From NCBI GenBank assembly GCA_029258835.1, contig JAPDJY010000039.1, positions 32,001 through 96,000 of the forward strand: DNA of 64,000 bases, read 5' to 3'. The notes below the pieces were generated by a model that was given only the letters and a program-made list of their open reading frames with translations, was not told the origin of the DNA and searched no databases. The position numbers and the translations under genes are program-made. The stretch is from Thermoproteota archaeon. GTDB taxonomy: Archaea; Asgardarchaeota; Jordiarchaeia; Jordiarchaeales; Freyrarchaeaceae. Below, piece by piece: positions 1-10,209 of the stretch (positions are counted from its first letter, which is position 1; every line of letters starts with the position of its first letter).

Positions 1-75
1 ATACCCTTAAATAACGCTTGTAAGCCTCTAACTTCAGAAGATGAAGTCCTTAAAGCTGTAAGGAGAGGACGTGGT

Positions 76-327
76 GTGAGCGGGCAAGGACAAAAACCTA
101 CGGACTTTCTTTCTAGATCTCTAAATGCTAGAGTTCTTGTAAAGCTTAAAGGTGGAAGAGAGCTTAGAGGAAAACTTAAAGGGTTTGACGTACACATGAA
201 CTTGATACTTGGAGAGGCAGAGGAAGTTTTAGATAAAGACTCTGAACCCAAGCAAATAGGAACAGTCGTGGTTAGAGGAGACAATGTAATAATGTTAAGT
301 CCAGCTGTCAAATCGGATACTGAATAG
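76..327 (+). CDS. Sm-like archaeal protein (Lsm/SmAP)
   Basis: Sm1 motif 'LKGFDVHMNLIL' and Sm2 motif 'VVVRGDNV'; classical position upstream of rpl37e. Confidence 0.95.
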   Translation: MSGQGQKPTDFLSRSLNARVLVKLKGGRELRGKLKGFDVHMNLILGEAEEVLDKDSEPKQIGTVVVRGDNVIMLSPAVKSDTE

Positions 328-353
328 CATTGACTCCGAGGAGGAGAAGGTAA

Positions 354-542
354 ATGGTGAAGGGAACACCCAGCATGGGTAAGAAGAACAAGAAGACGCA
401 TATAAGATGTAGAAGATGTGGAAGGCATGCATATCATGTACGTAAAAAAAGGTGTGCCGCTTGCGGTTTCGGTGCAAGTAAAAGGATAAGACATTATAGT
501 TGGCAAAACAAAAAAACATTGACAAGGATAAGGATACGATAA
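354..542 (+). CDS. rpl37e: 50S ribosomal protein L37e
   Basis: '[25 protein letters not shown]' zinc-finger signature. Confidence 0.97.
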   Translation: MVKGTPSMGKKNKKTHIRCRRCGRHAYHVRKKRCAACGFGASKRIRHYSWQNKKTLTRIRIR

Positions 543-833
543 AGGAAAAGGAAAACGGTGCAATTTTGGAATAAAGTAAAAGGGAAAATTTGTAAATTTT
601 CCAGCTAAATGGGGTTAACTTTGCTAAATGAGTTTATTCTTGTTGAGGGATAAACTAAAAGGAGTATCATAGGGAATCTCGAAACGCTTGTCCAAAGGAT
701 AACAGTTTCTCAGGTCAACTTTCCATGGTATCGTTCGTTTGCAACTTCAGAATGAGAGAGGTCATAGATCCGCCTAGAGAGGAGAAAGGTTAAAGACGCA
801 TTAACGTTATGCTACTTTGTGGAGGAGAAGGTA

Positions 834-1694
834 ATGCGGGAGGAATGGCTCACCCCCCTTTCGAAGGTGATATTTCCTTTCACAGGTAGAGATGGTGAGT
901 TCAATGCAGCACTTATTGCTTTTCAGATTATTGAGGAAATGGGGGGAGAGCTCGTTGGCTTCCACGTGTTAAGTGAAGAAGGAAGCGCTGCGAAGTTTAA
1001 GGAAGAACTCTTAAAAGTTGCTAGGAAGTTTAAGGTATCTTTCCGGATAATTTGCTATGACGAGAGGAATATTATAAGTGGCTTACTTAACGAGTTAAAG
1101 CGAGGTTATGACCTTTGTATCTGTTCTTTAGGAATCAAAGGCGTGAAAGGACTAGGTAGTGGTAGTGTTGTCCGAAAGCTTATTAATAAGATCCCGATAA
1201 AGTTGCTCCTTGTTTATACTCCAGAAAGTTATGGCGTACTGCCATATACTCTCAATAGAATTCTTGTAACACATACTATGATGGATGAAGATGTAGCAGC
1301 ATACATGGTTGCAATGGTTCTTTCTAAATCATGGCTTTCCATTAAGGGAGAAATTATTGCTGTATATCCGATAAGGGTTCCTTCCTCTGTTCCTATAGAT
1401 CTAACATATGTAGCTGAGGAAATAGAAAGGAAAGAAGATAGCTTCCTGAAGGATATAGGGAGTGAAATTAAAGAAATGGGGTCACCTATACTGCCGGTGA
1501 CACTGTATGCTCGGGACAAAGCAGAGGCTTTAGCTGTGTATTCTAAAGAGGTCGATGCAGACATAGTCATAATTGGCGTTAACCGCAGGAAGTACCTTTC
1601 ACGGCTTGCAAGCCTGATGCCCTTATCATACCCTCGATTTATAAACGAGCTTCTCAGGAGGGCTTCTTGCCCTGTCTTGCTTGCAGTTCCCTGA
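834..1694 (+). CDS. Tandem universal stress protein (USP) domain protein
   Basis: Two USP-like repeats ('GSGSVVRKLI..IKLLLV'; 'ADIVIIG..ELLRRASCPVLLAVP'); GGAGGAG SD before ATG 834; convergent with and overlapping an APC permease gene. Confidence 0.75.
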   Translation: MREEWLTPLSKVIFPFTGRDGEFNAALIAFQIIEEMGGELVGFHVLSEEGSAAKFKEELLKVARKFKVSFRIICYDERNIISGLLNELKRGYDLCICSLGIKGVKGLGSGSVVRKLINKIPIKLLLVYTPESYGVLPYTLNRILVTHTMMDEDVAAYMVAMVLSKSWLSIKGEIIAVYPIRVPSSVPIDLTYVAEEIERKEDSFLKDIGSEIKEMGSPILPVTLYARDKAEALAVYSKEVDADIVIIGVNRRKYLSRLASLMPLSYPRFINELLRRASCPVLLAVP

Positions 1695-3123
1695 ATAATA
1701 AATATACTAATGCTGTTATGCCTAGCCAAAAGAAGAAGGCAACCATAACATATGGTTTCACGAAGAAAAGGAAAAAAGAGAGGAAGGCTATCGCTGCGAT
1801 GGGAATGAATGGCTTACTATTAGTTTGGCCTTTAAGTTTTAGGTTTGAGATACTTACAAGAATGAAAATAACCATAAAGGCTACGCTTGTCATGCTGGAT
1901 ACAAACTCAAGATTCTCCGTCATTGCTAGTATGAGGCATAGAGAACTTCCAAGAAGCAAGCTAATGTAGGGGATGTGTCCTCGCTTGGTTAGAACTGAAA
2001 GCTTCTTAGGTAACACGCCCTCTCTGGACATTGCATACATTAACCTTGATGAACCAAACAGAGTTGCATTAAATGCTGATGCCGTAGAGAGGACTCCTCC
2101 TATTCCTAAAAGAAAACCACCCCACTCACCTAACCAAGTTTGATTCATCGCTTCAGCTAGCGGAGCTTCGCTTGCACCACTAAGGTACCAAGGCACTAAC
2201 CCCATTAGGGTAATGAGAGTGAACAGATAGATGATGAAAACAATTGTTATCGTAATAAAAATGGCTTTCCCTATTACTCGGGGGTTCTTAAGTTCCTCAC
2301 CGGCTGTTGGAATTAGGTCAAATCCTTCAAAGGCTATGAAAATAGTAGATACTGCAGTGAAGGTCCCCCATAAAGGATTTCTAAAGGGGAGAAGTAATGG
2401 GATAAAAAAAGTGTATGTTTGTGGAAGCAATACTGTAGGCGTGACGCCAGAAAGGCCAAGTTTTGGTCTTGAAAGAACCTCCATCAGCCCGACTGTAATG
2501 AATAAGAGAAGTATTAAGACTTTCCCGAAAACCATTGTTGTTTGTGTTTTGCCCGTCTCGGAAACACCGATGATGTTTAACCCGGTGAACAGCAACGTTA
2601 GAACTAGAATCATTACTTTTTTATTAAAAGGAGGCGTGTAAAGTTCATCGAGAAGTGAGAGGTAAACATCGCTGACACCATAAAAAACGTGTAGCGAGTT
2701 AGAGAGGACGTGTAAATTCCAATTTAATAGGTAGCTAAGGTAGTTCGCGAAGCCAACAGCATAGGTTGCACATGCGATTATGTACGCAAACCAAAGAGTG
2801 CATCCTGTAATGAAAACGATAGAGGGGTTATTAAACGCTCTTGCAACGTAAGTGTAACTTGCACCGCTTTCAGGAAAAATCGATGAAAGCTTAACATAAC
2901 TATATCCCACGAGAGCTGCTGTAAAACCGCAAAGGGAAAATGTTAAGATGCTGGCAATACCAGCTTCCCATATCGTCAAGCCAATTACCGTGAATATTCC
3001 GGCACCTATGCTTGCACCCACCCCTATTGTGACTGCCTCTAAGAGGCTGAGGCGGCGGATAAGGCGCCTCTCGTACGGTATCTCTGCGGAAGCTCTGTCT
3101 TCTTCTGTCATTCTTAATTTCAT
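1654..3123 (-). CDS. APC-family amino acid permease
   Basis: 'GVGASIGAGIF', 'FPESGASYTYV', 'AFEGFD..GEELKNP', 'SRLMYAMSREG'; many TM segments. Confidence 0.9.
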   Translation of the reverse strand: MKLRMTEEDRASAEIPYERRLIRRLSLLEAVTIGVGASIGAGIFTVIGLTIWEAGIASILTFSLCGFTAALVGYSYVKLSSIFPESGASYTYVARAFNNPSIVFITGCTLWFAYIIACATYAVGFANYLSYLLNWNLHVLSNSLHVFYGVSDVYLSLLDELYTPPFNKKVMILVLTLLFTGLNIIGVSETGKTQTTMVFGKVLILLLFITVGLMEVLSRPKLGLSGVTPTVLLPQTYTFFIPLLLPFRNPLWGTFTAVSTIFIAFEGFDLIPTAGEELKNPRVIGKAIFITITIVFIIYLFTLITLMGLVPWYLSGASEAPLAEAMNQTWLGEWGGFLLGIGGVLSTASAFNATLFGSSRLMYAMSREGVLPKKLSVLTKRGHIPYISLLLGSSLCLILAMTENLEFVSSMTSVAFMVIFILVSISNLKLKGQTNSKPFIPIAAIAFLSFFLFFVKPYVMVAFFFWLGITALVYLLFRELQARQGKKPS

Positions 3124-3377
3124 CCCTGAAAGGCTTTACTTCAAGAGGCAAGGTCCAAGCAAGTACGTTACTAAATTTGACGCACCCCACAGAGGATTTT
3201 TTCTAAAAGGGATTTTAATAGCCATACTACTAAGATCCATTTTAATTTTTCGTTCGCAGGACAGAATAACATTTGTGGAGGGGAACGTATTACAGATCCA
3301 CATCCTACTTATAACATCAAAAAAACACAAAGGTTGATATTGAGAAAGTTGAACCCTTCCTCACCTAGGTGAGGAAC

Positions 3378-3758
3378 ATGAGCTTGCTTAAAAGTGCGGG
3401 GATAAAGTCGGTGGCGCTTCTCAACATGGACAGGGTGCATGGCCCAGTTATGAAATGGGAGTTAAATGTTGATGGGGAGGAAAATTTGCAGAAAATTTTA
3501 GTTGAACTCTACACGATGTTCATGGTGGGAAAGGCGAAGCAAATGGTTCCAAGGGCTATGATCTTTGAAGACAAGAACATAGTTGTTTCAGAGAGAGACT
3601 ATAACCTTCTATGCTTTATGCTTAGGAAAGAAGCAAAAATTGACGAGTTTCTCAAGTACGCGGAAAAAATAATGGAAAAATATGGTGGAAATCCTTCTAA
3701 GAGCTCATGTTTGAGAAGTTTAATAGCGAGACTTAGAAATTCCTGGAGAAGCCATTAA
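3378..3758 (+). CDS. Small hypothetical protein, possible longin/uDENN-like domain
   Basis: N-terminal 'IKSVALLNMDRVHGPVMKW' resembles the beta1-(F/M)DxxxGP-beta2 hairpin of uDENN/NPRL2-type longins; AGGTGAGG SD. Confidence 0.55.
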   Translation: MSLLKSAGIKSVALLNMDRVHGPVMKWELNVDGEENLQKILVELYTMFMVGKAKQMVPRAMIFEDKNIVVSERDYNLLCFMLRKEAKIDEFLKYAEKIMEKYGGNPSKSSCLRSLIARLRNSWRSH

Positions 3759-3976
3759 TGTAAACTTAAAATTCTAAGTAATCTAGATGGCAATAGGGAC
3801 TTTCGAATCTGAGAGGCGGCATTACTCTGCTATCTCCCGACAGTAACTTAATTATTTTTACATACGTGATTTTTTAGGGACTGATTCATTTACGGAGCGT
3901 TTAATGTTTAAGTTCTAAGTTGGAGGGGTCAAAAAATCTTAAGTGATTATAAACGTTTTAAACGTTGGGACTTAAA

Positions 3977-4522
3977 ATGAAGTTGGAGGAGTACCTTACC
4001 AAGGTTGAGGAGAGAATTAAAAGTAAGGGACGTATTGTTTCTGAGTGGGTTAAATCGGAGAGGAATGTTGAGGTTGAAGGGATTACTGCTGCGTTAGTTA
4101 TGCAAGGGAACATGAAACAACTTAAGAAGGGGCTTATTCTTTCACGTCTTAGCGCTGCAATGACCGTGCCAGACTGGAACACTGCCGCTCTTTTCTTCCT
4201 GCGGAAAGGCGAAACAAGGGTCTCAGACATACAGAAAATTATCAGAGCTACAAGGATTTTCATGGCTAGAAATGATATCACTTGGGCGTGGCTTTGCCTT
4301 GTTTCAAAGAGAGGATTCTCAAGTAAAGTCAAAGATTTCGTTAGAGGTTACTTGAAGCGGGAGCTAGGCGTTTTCCTAGTAGACTTAGGGCGTAACGAAA
4401 TTTACTCGCGTAGCTTAAATGATCCTGTTGCAAGAAATGGCTTTAAACTTTTAGACCCTTTAAAAGTTGAAAAAGAAAAAGTTGACGGTTCAAAACGTGG
4501 CGTACTAAAAATTAGACGTTGA
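3977..4522 (+). CDS. Hypothetical protein (possible restriction-endonuclease-like fold)
   Basis: Long ORF with genome-typical codon usage; C-terminal 'LVSKRGFS..GVFLVDL' pattern recalls Mrr-like folds. Confidence 0.6.
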   Translation: MKLEEYLTKVEERIKSKGRIVSEWVKSERNVEVEGITAALVMQGNMKQLKKGLILSRLSAAMTVPDWNTAALFFLRKGETRVSDIQKIIRATRIFMARNDITWAWLCLVSKRGFSSKVKDFVRGYLKRELGVFLVDLGRNEIYSRSLNDPVARNGFKLLDPLKVEKEKVDGSKRGVLKIRR

Positions 4523-4545
4523 AAACAAAGGGATGGCTGGAGAGT

Positions 4546-5868
4546 TTGAAACATATATCAATAGTTGGTTTAGGGTACGTTGGAATAGTTACGGGTGTAT
4601 GCTTTGCGGATATAGGATTTAAGGTTACATTCACAGATGTAGATGCACAGAAGGTTGAAATGGTGCAGCGTGGAGTGGCTCCAATCTATGAGCCAGGAGT
4701 CCAGGAGAAGCTTGCGATGCACGTGAAAGAAGGACGTATAGAAGCGGACACTAATACTGCTGAGGCTGCTGCTAAGTCAAGCGTTTCATTCATAACGGTT
4801 GGAACCCCAAGTGTCGGCGGGAGAATAGACTTATCAGGAGTTAAAGGAGCTGCAAGAGATATTGGTCGCGGGATAACGGATAAAGACGAGTACCACGTAG
4901 TGGTGATTAAGAGTACGGTTATTCCAGGTACGACCGAGGAAGTCGTTATTCCAATTATTGAGGAAGCGTCTGGCAAAGTAGAAGGGAAGGATTTTGGAGT
5001 GTGCGTGAATCCGGAGTTTCTCCGTGAAGGCAATGCTATACGGGACTTTATGAAGCCTGATAGGATAGTAATAGGTTATAAGAGTGAAAAAGCACTCAAA
5101 ATTGTTGAAGAACTTTTCAGGAAGATTAAAACTACTTTTGTGAAGGTGGATTTGCGTACCGCTGAGATGATAAAGTATGCGAACAATTCGTTTTTGGCAA
5201 TGAAGGTCTCGTTTATAAACGAAGTAGCTAATATATGTGAATTGTTCGGTGTCGACGTGGAAACAGTTGCCCACGCTATAGGTCTTGATTTCAGAATAAA
5301 CCCGAAGTTTCTAAGAGCAGGATGTGGCTTTGGAGGATCATGTTTCCCTAAGGATTTAAGAGCAATCATATCGGCGTCCAAAGAGAAGGGTTATAGGCCC
5401 ATCTTATTAGAGGCAACACTTTCAGTTAATGAAAAACAGCCTTTAAGGATGATCGAGCTAGCCAAGGAAACAATAGGAGACCTTAGGGGGCGAAGGATAG
5501 CTATTCTTGGGCTTTCATTTAAGCCCGGAACAGATGATATGAGGGAAGCGCCCTCGATTAAAATAGTCAGGAACTTGCTGGAAGAGGGGGCGAGAGTTGT
5601 TGTCCACGACCCTAAGGCTATGGAGAATGCGAAGAGAATTTTTGGTGATGAGGTAGAGTATGCAGATACAGCCCTGAGCGCCCTGAAGGGTGCAGAGTGC
5701 GGCATGATAGTGACGGAGTGGGATGAGTATAGGAAGCTTTCTTTGAGGGACATCAAAGAAATGATGAAAGGTCCAGTTATCATAGATGGACGCAGGATTA
5801 TTAATCCAAAGGAGGCCGAACAGCTAGGATTTACTTACAGAGGCATAGGATTTGGAAGGAGGGTATGA
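4546..5868 (+). CDS. UDP-glucose/GDP-mannose dehydrogenase family protein
   Basis: 'GLGYVG', 'KSTV.PGT', 'NPEFLREG', catalytic 'GFGGSCFPKD', 'FKPGTDDMREAP' (ORF open from 4519). Confidence 0.95.
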   Translation: MKHISIVGLGYVGIVTGVCFADIGFKVTFTDVDAQKVEMVQRGVAPIYEPGVQEKLAMHVKEGRIEADTNTAEAAAKSSVSFITVGTPSVGGRIDLSGVKGAARDIGRGITDKDEYHVVVIKSTVIPGTTEEVVIPIIEEASGKVEGKDFGVCVNPEFLREGNAIRDFMKPDRIVIGYKSEKALKIVEELFRKIKTTFVKVDLRTAEMIKYANNSFLAMKVSFINEVANICELFGVDVETVAHAIGLDFRINPKFLRAGCGFGGSCFPKDLRAIISASKEKGYRPILLEATLSVNEKQPLRMIELAKETIGDLRGRRIAILGLSFKPGTDDMREAPSIKIVRNLLEEGARVVVHDPKAMENAKRIFGDEVEYADTALSALKGAECGMIVTEWDEYRKLSLRDIKEMMKGPVIIDGRRIINPKEAEQLGFTYRGIGFGRRV

Positions 5869-5875
5869 AAAGTCG

Positions 5876-7498
5876 ATGAGTTTTGAAATACGGGCTAGAG
5901 ATCTTATGGGAAGAATAGGGATTTTAGAAACTAAAAGTGGAAAGGTAACCACCCCTTCTCTTTTCCCTGTTATAAATCCTATCCGGCTGACGCTTCACCC
6001 GTCGTTCATTGAGAAAAAAATGAAGTGTAAAACTCTGATAACGAATGCTATGATAACGTTAAAACATGCTTCTAACGAGGCGAGAGAGAAGGGAATTCAC
6101 AGATTTTTAGAGTTTAATGGTGTTGTGATGACGGATTCTGGGGCTTATCAACTCATGACATATGGAAACATTGAGGCCTCCCAGCTAGAGATCATTAGAT
6201 TTCAGGAGGAGATAGGCAGCGACATAGCAGTTATTCTCGATATACCATCCGGCGGAGCTAGGAAAAAGCAGGAAGCTGAAGAATGTGTTAACAGAACACT
6301 CCTAAATGCCAAAGAAAGCCTTTCTCAGAGAGAAAGAAGAGATGTTCTTTGGGTTGGGCCTGTTCAGGGTAGCCCTTACCCAGACTTAGTTGAGAGGTGC
6401 GCTGCAGAAGTAGGGAGAATGGATTTTGATGTTTACGCTATTGGAAGCGTTGTTACCCTCATGGAGAACTATAATTTTGACTTGTTAGTAGACGTAGTCA
6501 TGGCTGCAAAGAGGAACATACCGCTAGATAAGCCTGTTCACCTATTTGGGGCCGGTCATCCGATGATGTTCGCTTTAATCACTGCGATGGGGGTTGACAC
6601 GTTTGACTCTGCGGCATACGCCCTCTACGCTAAAGATGAAAGGTACATGATGCCGTATGGAACCCAAAGGCTTTCTGAGTTAGAGTATTTCCCTTGCAGC
6701 TGCCCTGTCTGTTTGGAGTATACTCCTAAAGAGTTGCTTAAAGAGTCAGAAGAGGAAAGAGAGAGAAAACTGGCTATCCATAACTTGTATGTTTCACTTA
6801 GCGAGGTCCATGCCGTAAGACAAGCTATTTTGGACGGCAGACTATGGGAGTTACTTGAAGTAAAAGCTAGAAGTCATCCTTCTCTCCTTAGGGGACTCAA
6901 AAGGTTAAGCGAGTATTCAAGATATATAACTAAATTTGTTCCTATGGTAAAAAAACGGGCGATCCTTTTTTGCGGGCCAGAATCTCTCAATAGGCCAGAA
7001 GTTGTCCGCCATCTTGAAAAGGTAGAAAAAACACCACAACCAGTTGAAGTCGAAGTCTTGGTGATTTTACCAGAAGTTAAGACGCGGCCATTTTACAGGT
7101 CGAAGGAGAGAAGGATCTTAGAGAGAGCCGTCGGGAAACTGGCTGAAGAAGAAAGGAGAAAAATTCAGTTTGCAATGAAGTCAAGTCTTTTTGGAGTAAT
7201 TCCCGAGGAGCTAGAGGAGGTTTACCCTTTATCACAGCACCTGACTATTTCAGGGGAGAATTATGTTAAGGAACATATCGTTAACGCGATTTGCAAGCTC
7301 ATTAGGTCACACGAATATAAACTAATTTTCTTCCCTCTTGAAGGCGAAAACATTAGTAGCCTAGAAAAAGCCTGTCATGAGAAAGGAGCGGAGCTTAGAG
7401 TAACCTCCCTGCCGGAAGGGAGGAAAAAATGGGAGAAAATCGGGGAGATTATAAGGGAACTCATAAACCTCAGAAATGCTGTTACTAAAGAAAGTTAG
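5876..7498 (+). CDS. tgtA: tRNA-guanine(15) transglycosylase (archaeosine)
   Basis: 'MTDSGAYQ', 'HLFGAGHP', 'DTFDSAAY', Zn site 'CSCPVC..HNL'. Confidence 0.95.
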   Translation: MSFEIRARDLMGRIGILETKSGKVTTPSLFPVINPIRLTLHPSFIEKKMKCKTLITNAMITLKHASNEAREKGIHRFLEFNGVVMTDSGAYQLMTYGNIEASQLEIIRFQEEIGSDIAVILDIPSGGARKKQEAEECVNRTLLNAKESLSQRERRDVLWVGPVQGSPYPDLVERCAAEVGRMDFDVYAIGSVVTLMENYNFDLLVDVVMAAKRNIPLDKPVHLFGAGHPMMFALITAMGVDTFDSAAYALYAKDERYMMPYGTQRLSELEYFPCSCPVCLEYTPKELLKESEEERERKLAIHNLYVSLSEVHAVRQAILDGRLWELLEVKARSHPSLLRGLKRLSEYSRYITKFVPMVKKRAILFCGPESLNRPEVVRHLEKVEKTPQPVEVEVLVILPEVKTRPFYRSKERRILERAVGKLAEEERRKIQFAMKSSLFGVIPEELEEVYPLSQHLTISGENYVKEHIVNAICKLIRSHEYKLIFFPLEGENISSLEKACHEKGAELRVTSLPEGRKKWEKIGEIIRELINLRNAVTKES

Positions 7499-7604
7499 GG
7501 GTGGCGACTTCACACAGGAAGTTCAAAGTTCTTTATTCAAGATCTTCTCTTCTTTTCTCTTTCAAAAAACTGGAGGTTCAGAGAGCCTTCATGAAAAGTA
7601 ACTG

Positions 7605-8849
7605 TCAAAGGGAAGCTGAAACAACCATGTTAATTGCATGTTCCACTTCCTTTTGGAGTAGTTCTGGTAGACCGAACATTCTGGCATCAAGGAAGCCGCG
7701 TATGATGATTGATGTGGCTTCTTCCTCGCTGAATCCACGTGCCATTAGGTAATATATTGCTTCTTCAGCTATTTTTCCTACGGCAGCCTCATGGCTCAAC
7801 TCTGTTCCGTTGACTTCCCCACGCAGCTCAGGAATAGCGTGTATGACAGCACTGTTAGACAGAAGGAGTCCTCTACATTCGATGTGTCCTCGAGTATTTG
7901 CTTCTCGCCCAATTAATGCTCCTCTAGAATAAATCTCCGCGTTTTCGGTTGCAATTACCCTTGACTTAACTTCCCCCCGGCTCCCTTCGCCCTCCAGAAC
8001 TAGCTTCCCTCCCACGTCTATTATGGATTTCTTGCCTCCGTAAATTAGAGAGTTGAAAACCGCTACAGAGTTTTTCCCCTTACAGTAGGCTGTGGGATAT
8101 GTCTGAATGCTTCCGACAGGTTTTAAATTTACATAGTTGCTGATGAAGGTGGAACCCTTCTCCAGTATAATAGCGGTTCTTGGTCTGACTGCGAGATGCT
8201 CAGCCCAATTATGTATCATGGTATAGGTAAGCTTTGAGCCCTCTTTAAGATATATTTCAGTTATTCCCACATGGAGGGCTTTTGAAACGTTTGGGTGTAC
8301 TACACAACCTGTTATGACCTGAGCTTCCGCGTAAGGTTCTAGTATAATGACGTTATGCACGTTTTGGTCGAGGTTGTTTCGAGATATGTAAAGGCATGAC
8401 TGTATTGGAACGGTTACCTTTTTTTCTGGGGCAACACGGAGAAAGTATCCGTGATCCCAGTTCAAAGCAGCGATGGCAGTGTACTTGTCAGCGTCTACCG
8501 GGACAGCTTTCCAGAAGTACTCGTCAAGCCACCCATACTTCCTTTTAGCTTCTACGGTACTGATCAGTTCTATCGCTCCGTCAAAGTACTTATTGACCCC
8601 TTCAAAAACAACCGAATGGTCAATTTGGAAGAATGTTCCAGCACGCGCTTTCATGTCTGGTTGCACGCCCGCCCTTAACGCCTGGTTCCTCACGTCTGCA
8701 GGTAGCTCTGCTGGAGACGTTTTACCCCAGTCATTAGCGGTCCTTGAGAAGGCGGAAACATCTATGTCTGGCCCATATTTAGCTTTTTTATTAAGCGCCT
8801 TCGCCGCCTTCTCCCTTAATTCCACTTCCCGCTTAGTTAGCTGGGACAT
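7605..8849 (-). CDS. sufB: Fe-S cluster assembly SufB/SufD-family scaffold (SmsB type)
   Basis: 'QNVHNVII', 'GHIECRGLLL', 'IPEL..LSHEAAVGKI..YLMARG'. Confidence 0.92.
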   Translation of the reverse strand: MSQLTKREVELREKAAKALNKKAKYGPDIDVSAFSRTANDWGKTSPAELPADVRNQALRAGVQPDMKARAGTFFQIDHSVVFEGVNKYFDGAIELISTVEAKRKYGWLDEYFWKAVPVDADKYTAIAALNWDHGYFLRVAPEKKVTVPIQSCLYISRNNLDQNVHNVIILEPYAEAQVITGCVVHPNVSKALHVGITEIYLKEGSKLTYTMIHNWAEHLAVRPRTAIILEKGSTFISNYVNLKPVGSIQTYPTAYCKGKNSVAVFNSLIYGGKKSIIDVGGKLVLEGEGSRGEVKSRVIATENAEIYSRGALIGREANTRGHIECRGLLLSNSAVIHAIPELRGEVNGTELSHEAAVGKIAEEAIYYLMARGFSEEEATSIIIRGFLDARMFGLPELLQKEVEHAINMVVSASL

Positions 8850-8850
8850 T

Positions 8851-9582
8851 CTAGTCGCCTCGCTCCTTCATTATCCTGCATTTATCGCACCACCAGTATC
8901 CTTCCCTCAAAATGTGATCTAGAATCTCTATAGGTCTTCCTGAACACGCTATTTTTCCATTTATAACGACGTGAGCTTTATGGGCTTCCACATACCTTAA
9001 GATGTATCCGAGATGTGTTATTAGGATGCCGGAGCGCTCCCTTGCAAGCTCGTTTATGATGCCTCCTATTATTTCTAAGTTTTCCACGTCAACGCCCGAG
9101 TCGGGTTCGTCTAAAAGTAGGAACTTGGGTTTTTGCGCTATAAGCTGCATAAGCTCGCACCTCTTGATTTCACCTCCTGAAAAACCACGGTTAAGCTCCC
9201 TTTCAAGGTAGAATGTTGGAAAGTTAACCCTCCTGGCGATATTCGTAGGAGTTTCACCCTGGCCCTTCGCTAACCTCTCTAAGACGTCTCCGAGACGTAC
9301 ACCAGGTATCTGGGGAGGATTCTGAAATATTACACCGAGCCCTTTTTTGACACGTTCATTGACAGGAAGCGATGTTATGTCTTCGCCCATGAATATAATT
9401 TCTCCGTGAACGACCTTGTAACGTGGAAAACCAAGTATAGTTAATATGAGGCTTGTTTTCCCGGAGCCGTTTGGCCCGAAGAGCACGTGGAGTTCCCCTT
9501 CCGGGACCTCCAAGTTAACTTTATCCAGCACACGTCTACCATCAACCTCAACTATTAAATCACGTATTTCAAGAGCAAGCAG
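8851..9582 (-). CDS. sufC: Fe-S cluster assembly ATPase SufC (SmsC type)
   Basis: Walker A 'GPNGSGKT', 'GFSGGEIKR', 'DEPDSGVD', C-terminal CxxC; start probably CTG 9582 after GGAGGTG (ORF open from 9600). Confidence 0.92.
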   Translation of the reverse strand: MLALEIRDLIVEVDGRRVLDKVNLEVPEGELHVLFGPNGSGKTSLILTILGFPRYKVVHGEIIFMGEDITSLPVNERVKKGLGVIFQNPPQIPGVRLGDVLERLAKGQGETPTNIARRVNFPTFYLERELNRGFSGGEIKRCELMQLIAQKPKFLLLDEPDSGVDVENLEIIGGIINELARERSGILITHLGYILRYVEAHKAHVVINGKIACSGRPIEILDHILREGYWWCDKCRIMKERGD

Positions 9583-9736
9583 ACAAGACACCTCCTTCAA
9601 AAGAGAGGATACGTAAGGAATCTTTGTGAGAAGGATCCTTACTTTTCAGCTAAAACGTCTAAAGAAGGAACTTTTATGAATTTCTCTTTTTGAATTACTA
9701 ATTTTCTGGGGGAATAAAGGGTGAAGTGGGGTTTAT

Positions 9737-10192
9737 TTGATGGTGTACGAAAGAAGGATTCTCCTAAGGCCTGTAAGACTTGACGATTTGAATGAACTTT
9801 ACATTATTGATAAAATATGTTTTCCAGAACACTACTTTCCAAAGGATTTTCTAAGATATTTGCTTACTCATGATTCGGCTTTATCATTTGCCGCTACCAT
9901 GTTGGGGAAAATAGTTGGCTTTGTAATAGGGGTTGCGGAGGGAGAAATAGGCAGGATATATACGCTCGACGTGGTTCCAGAGTTTCGGAGGAGAGGAGTT
10001 GGAGCCATGCTGCTCAAGAAAGTGGAGGAAGAACTTAGAAGGAAAGGGGTGCGGATTTACTGTCTTGAGGTCATGAGGGAGAATTATCCAGCTATCAAAT
10101 TGTACCTCAAAATGAATTATAAGCCGGTTAGAATTCTTAAAGGGTATTATGGAAATAGAGACGGCATCTTAATGGTGAAGGAAGCAGATTGA
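9737..10192 (+). CDS. RimI/Ard1-like GNAT N-acetyltransferase
   Basis: 'RRRGVG', 'LEV..N.PAIKLY', 'YY..RDGILM'. Confidence 0.9.
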   Translation: MMVYERRILLRPVRLDDLNELYIIDKICFPEHYFPKDFLRYLLTHDSALSFAATMLGKIVGFVIGVAEGEIGRIYTLDVVPEFRRRGVGAMLLKKVEEELRRKGVRIYCLEVMRENYPAIKLYLKMNYKPVRILKGYYGNRDGILMVKEAD

Positions 10193-10209
10193 AACGGTTA
10201 ACTTTGCGG

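Noticed and set aside
3785-3835. Weak stem-loop AGATGGCA..TGCTATCT as a riboswitch or ncRNA
   Set aside because: Pairing relies on several G-U pairs and matches no family I can recognise.
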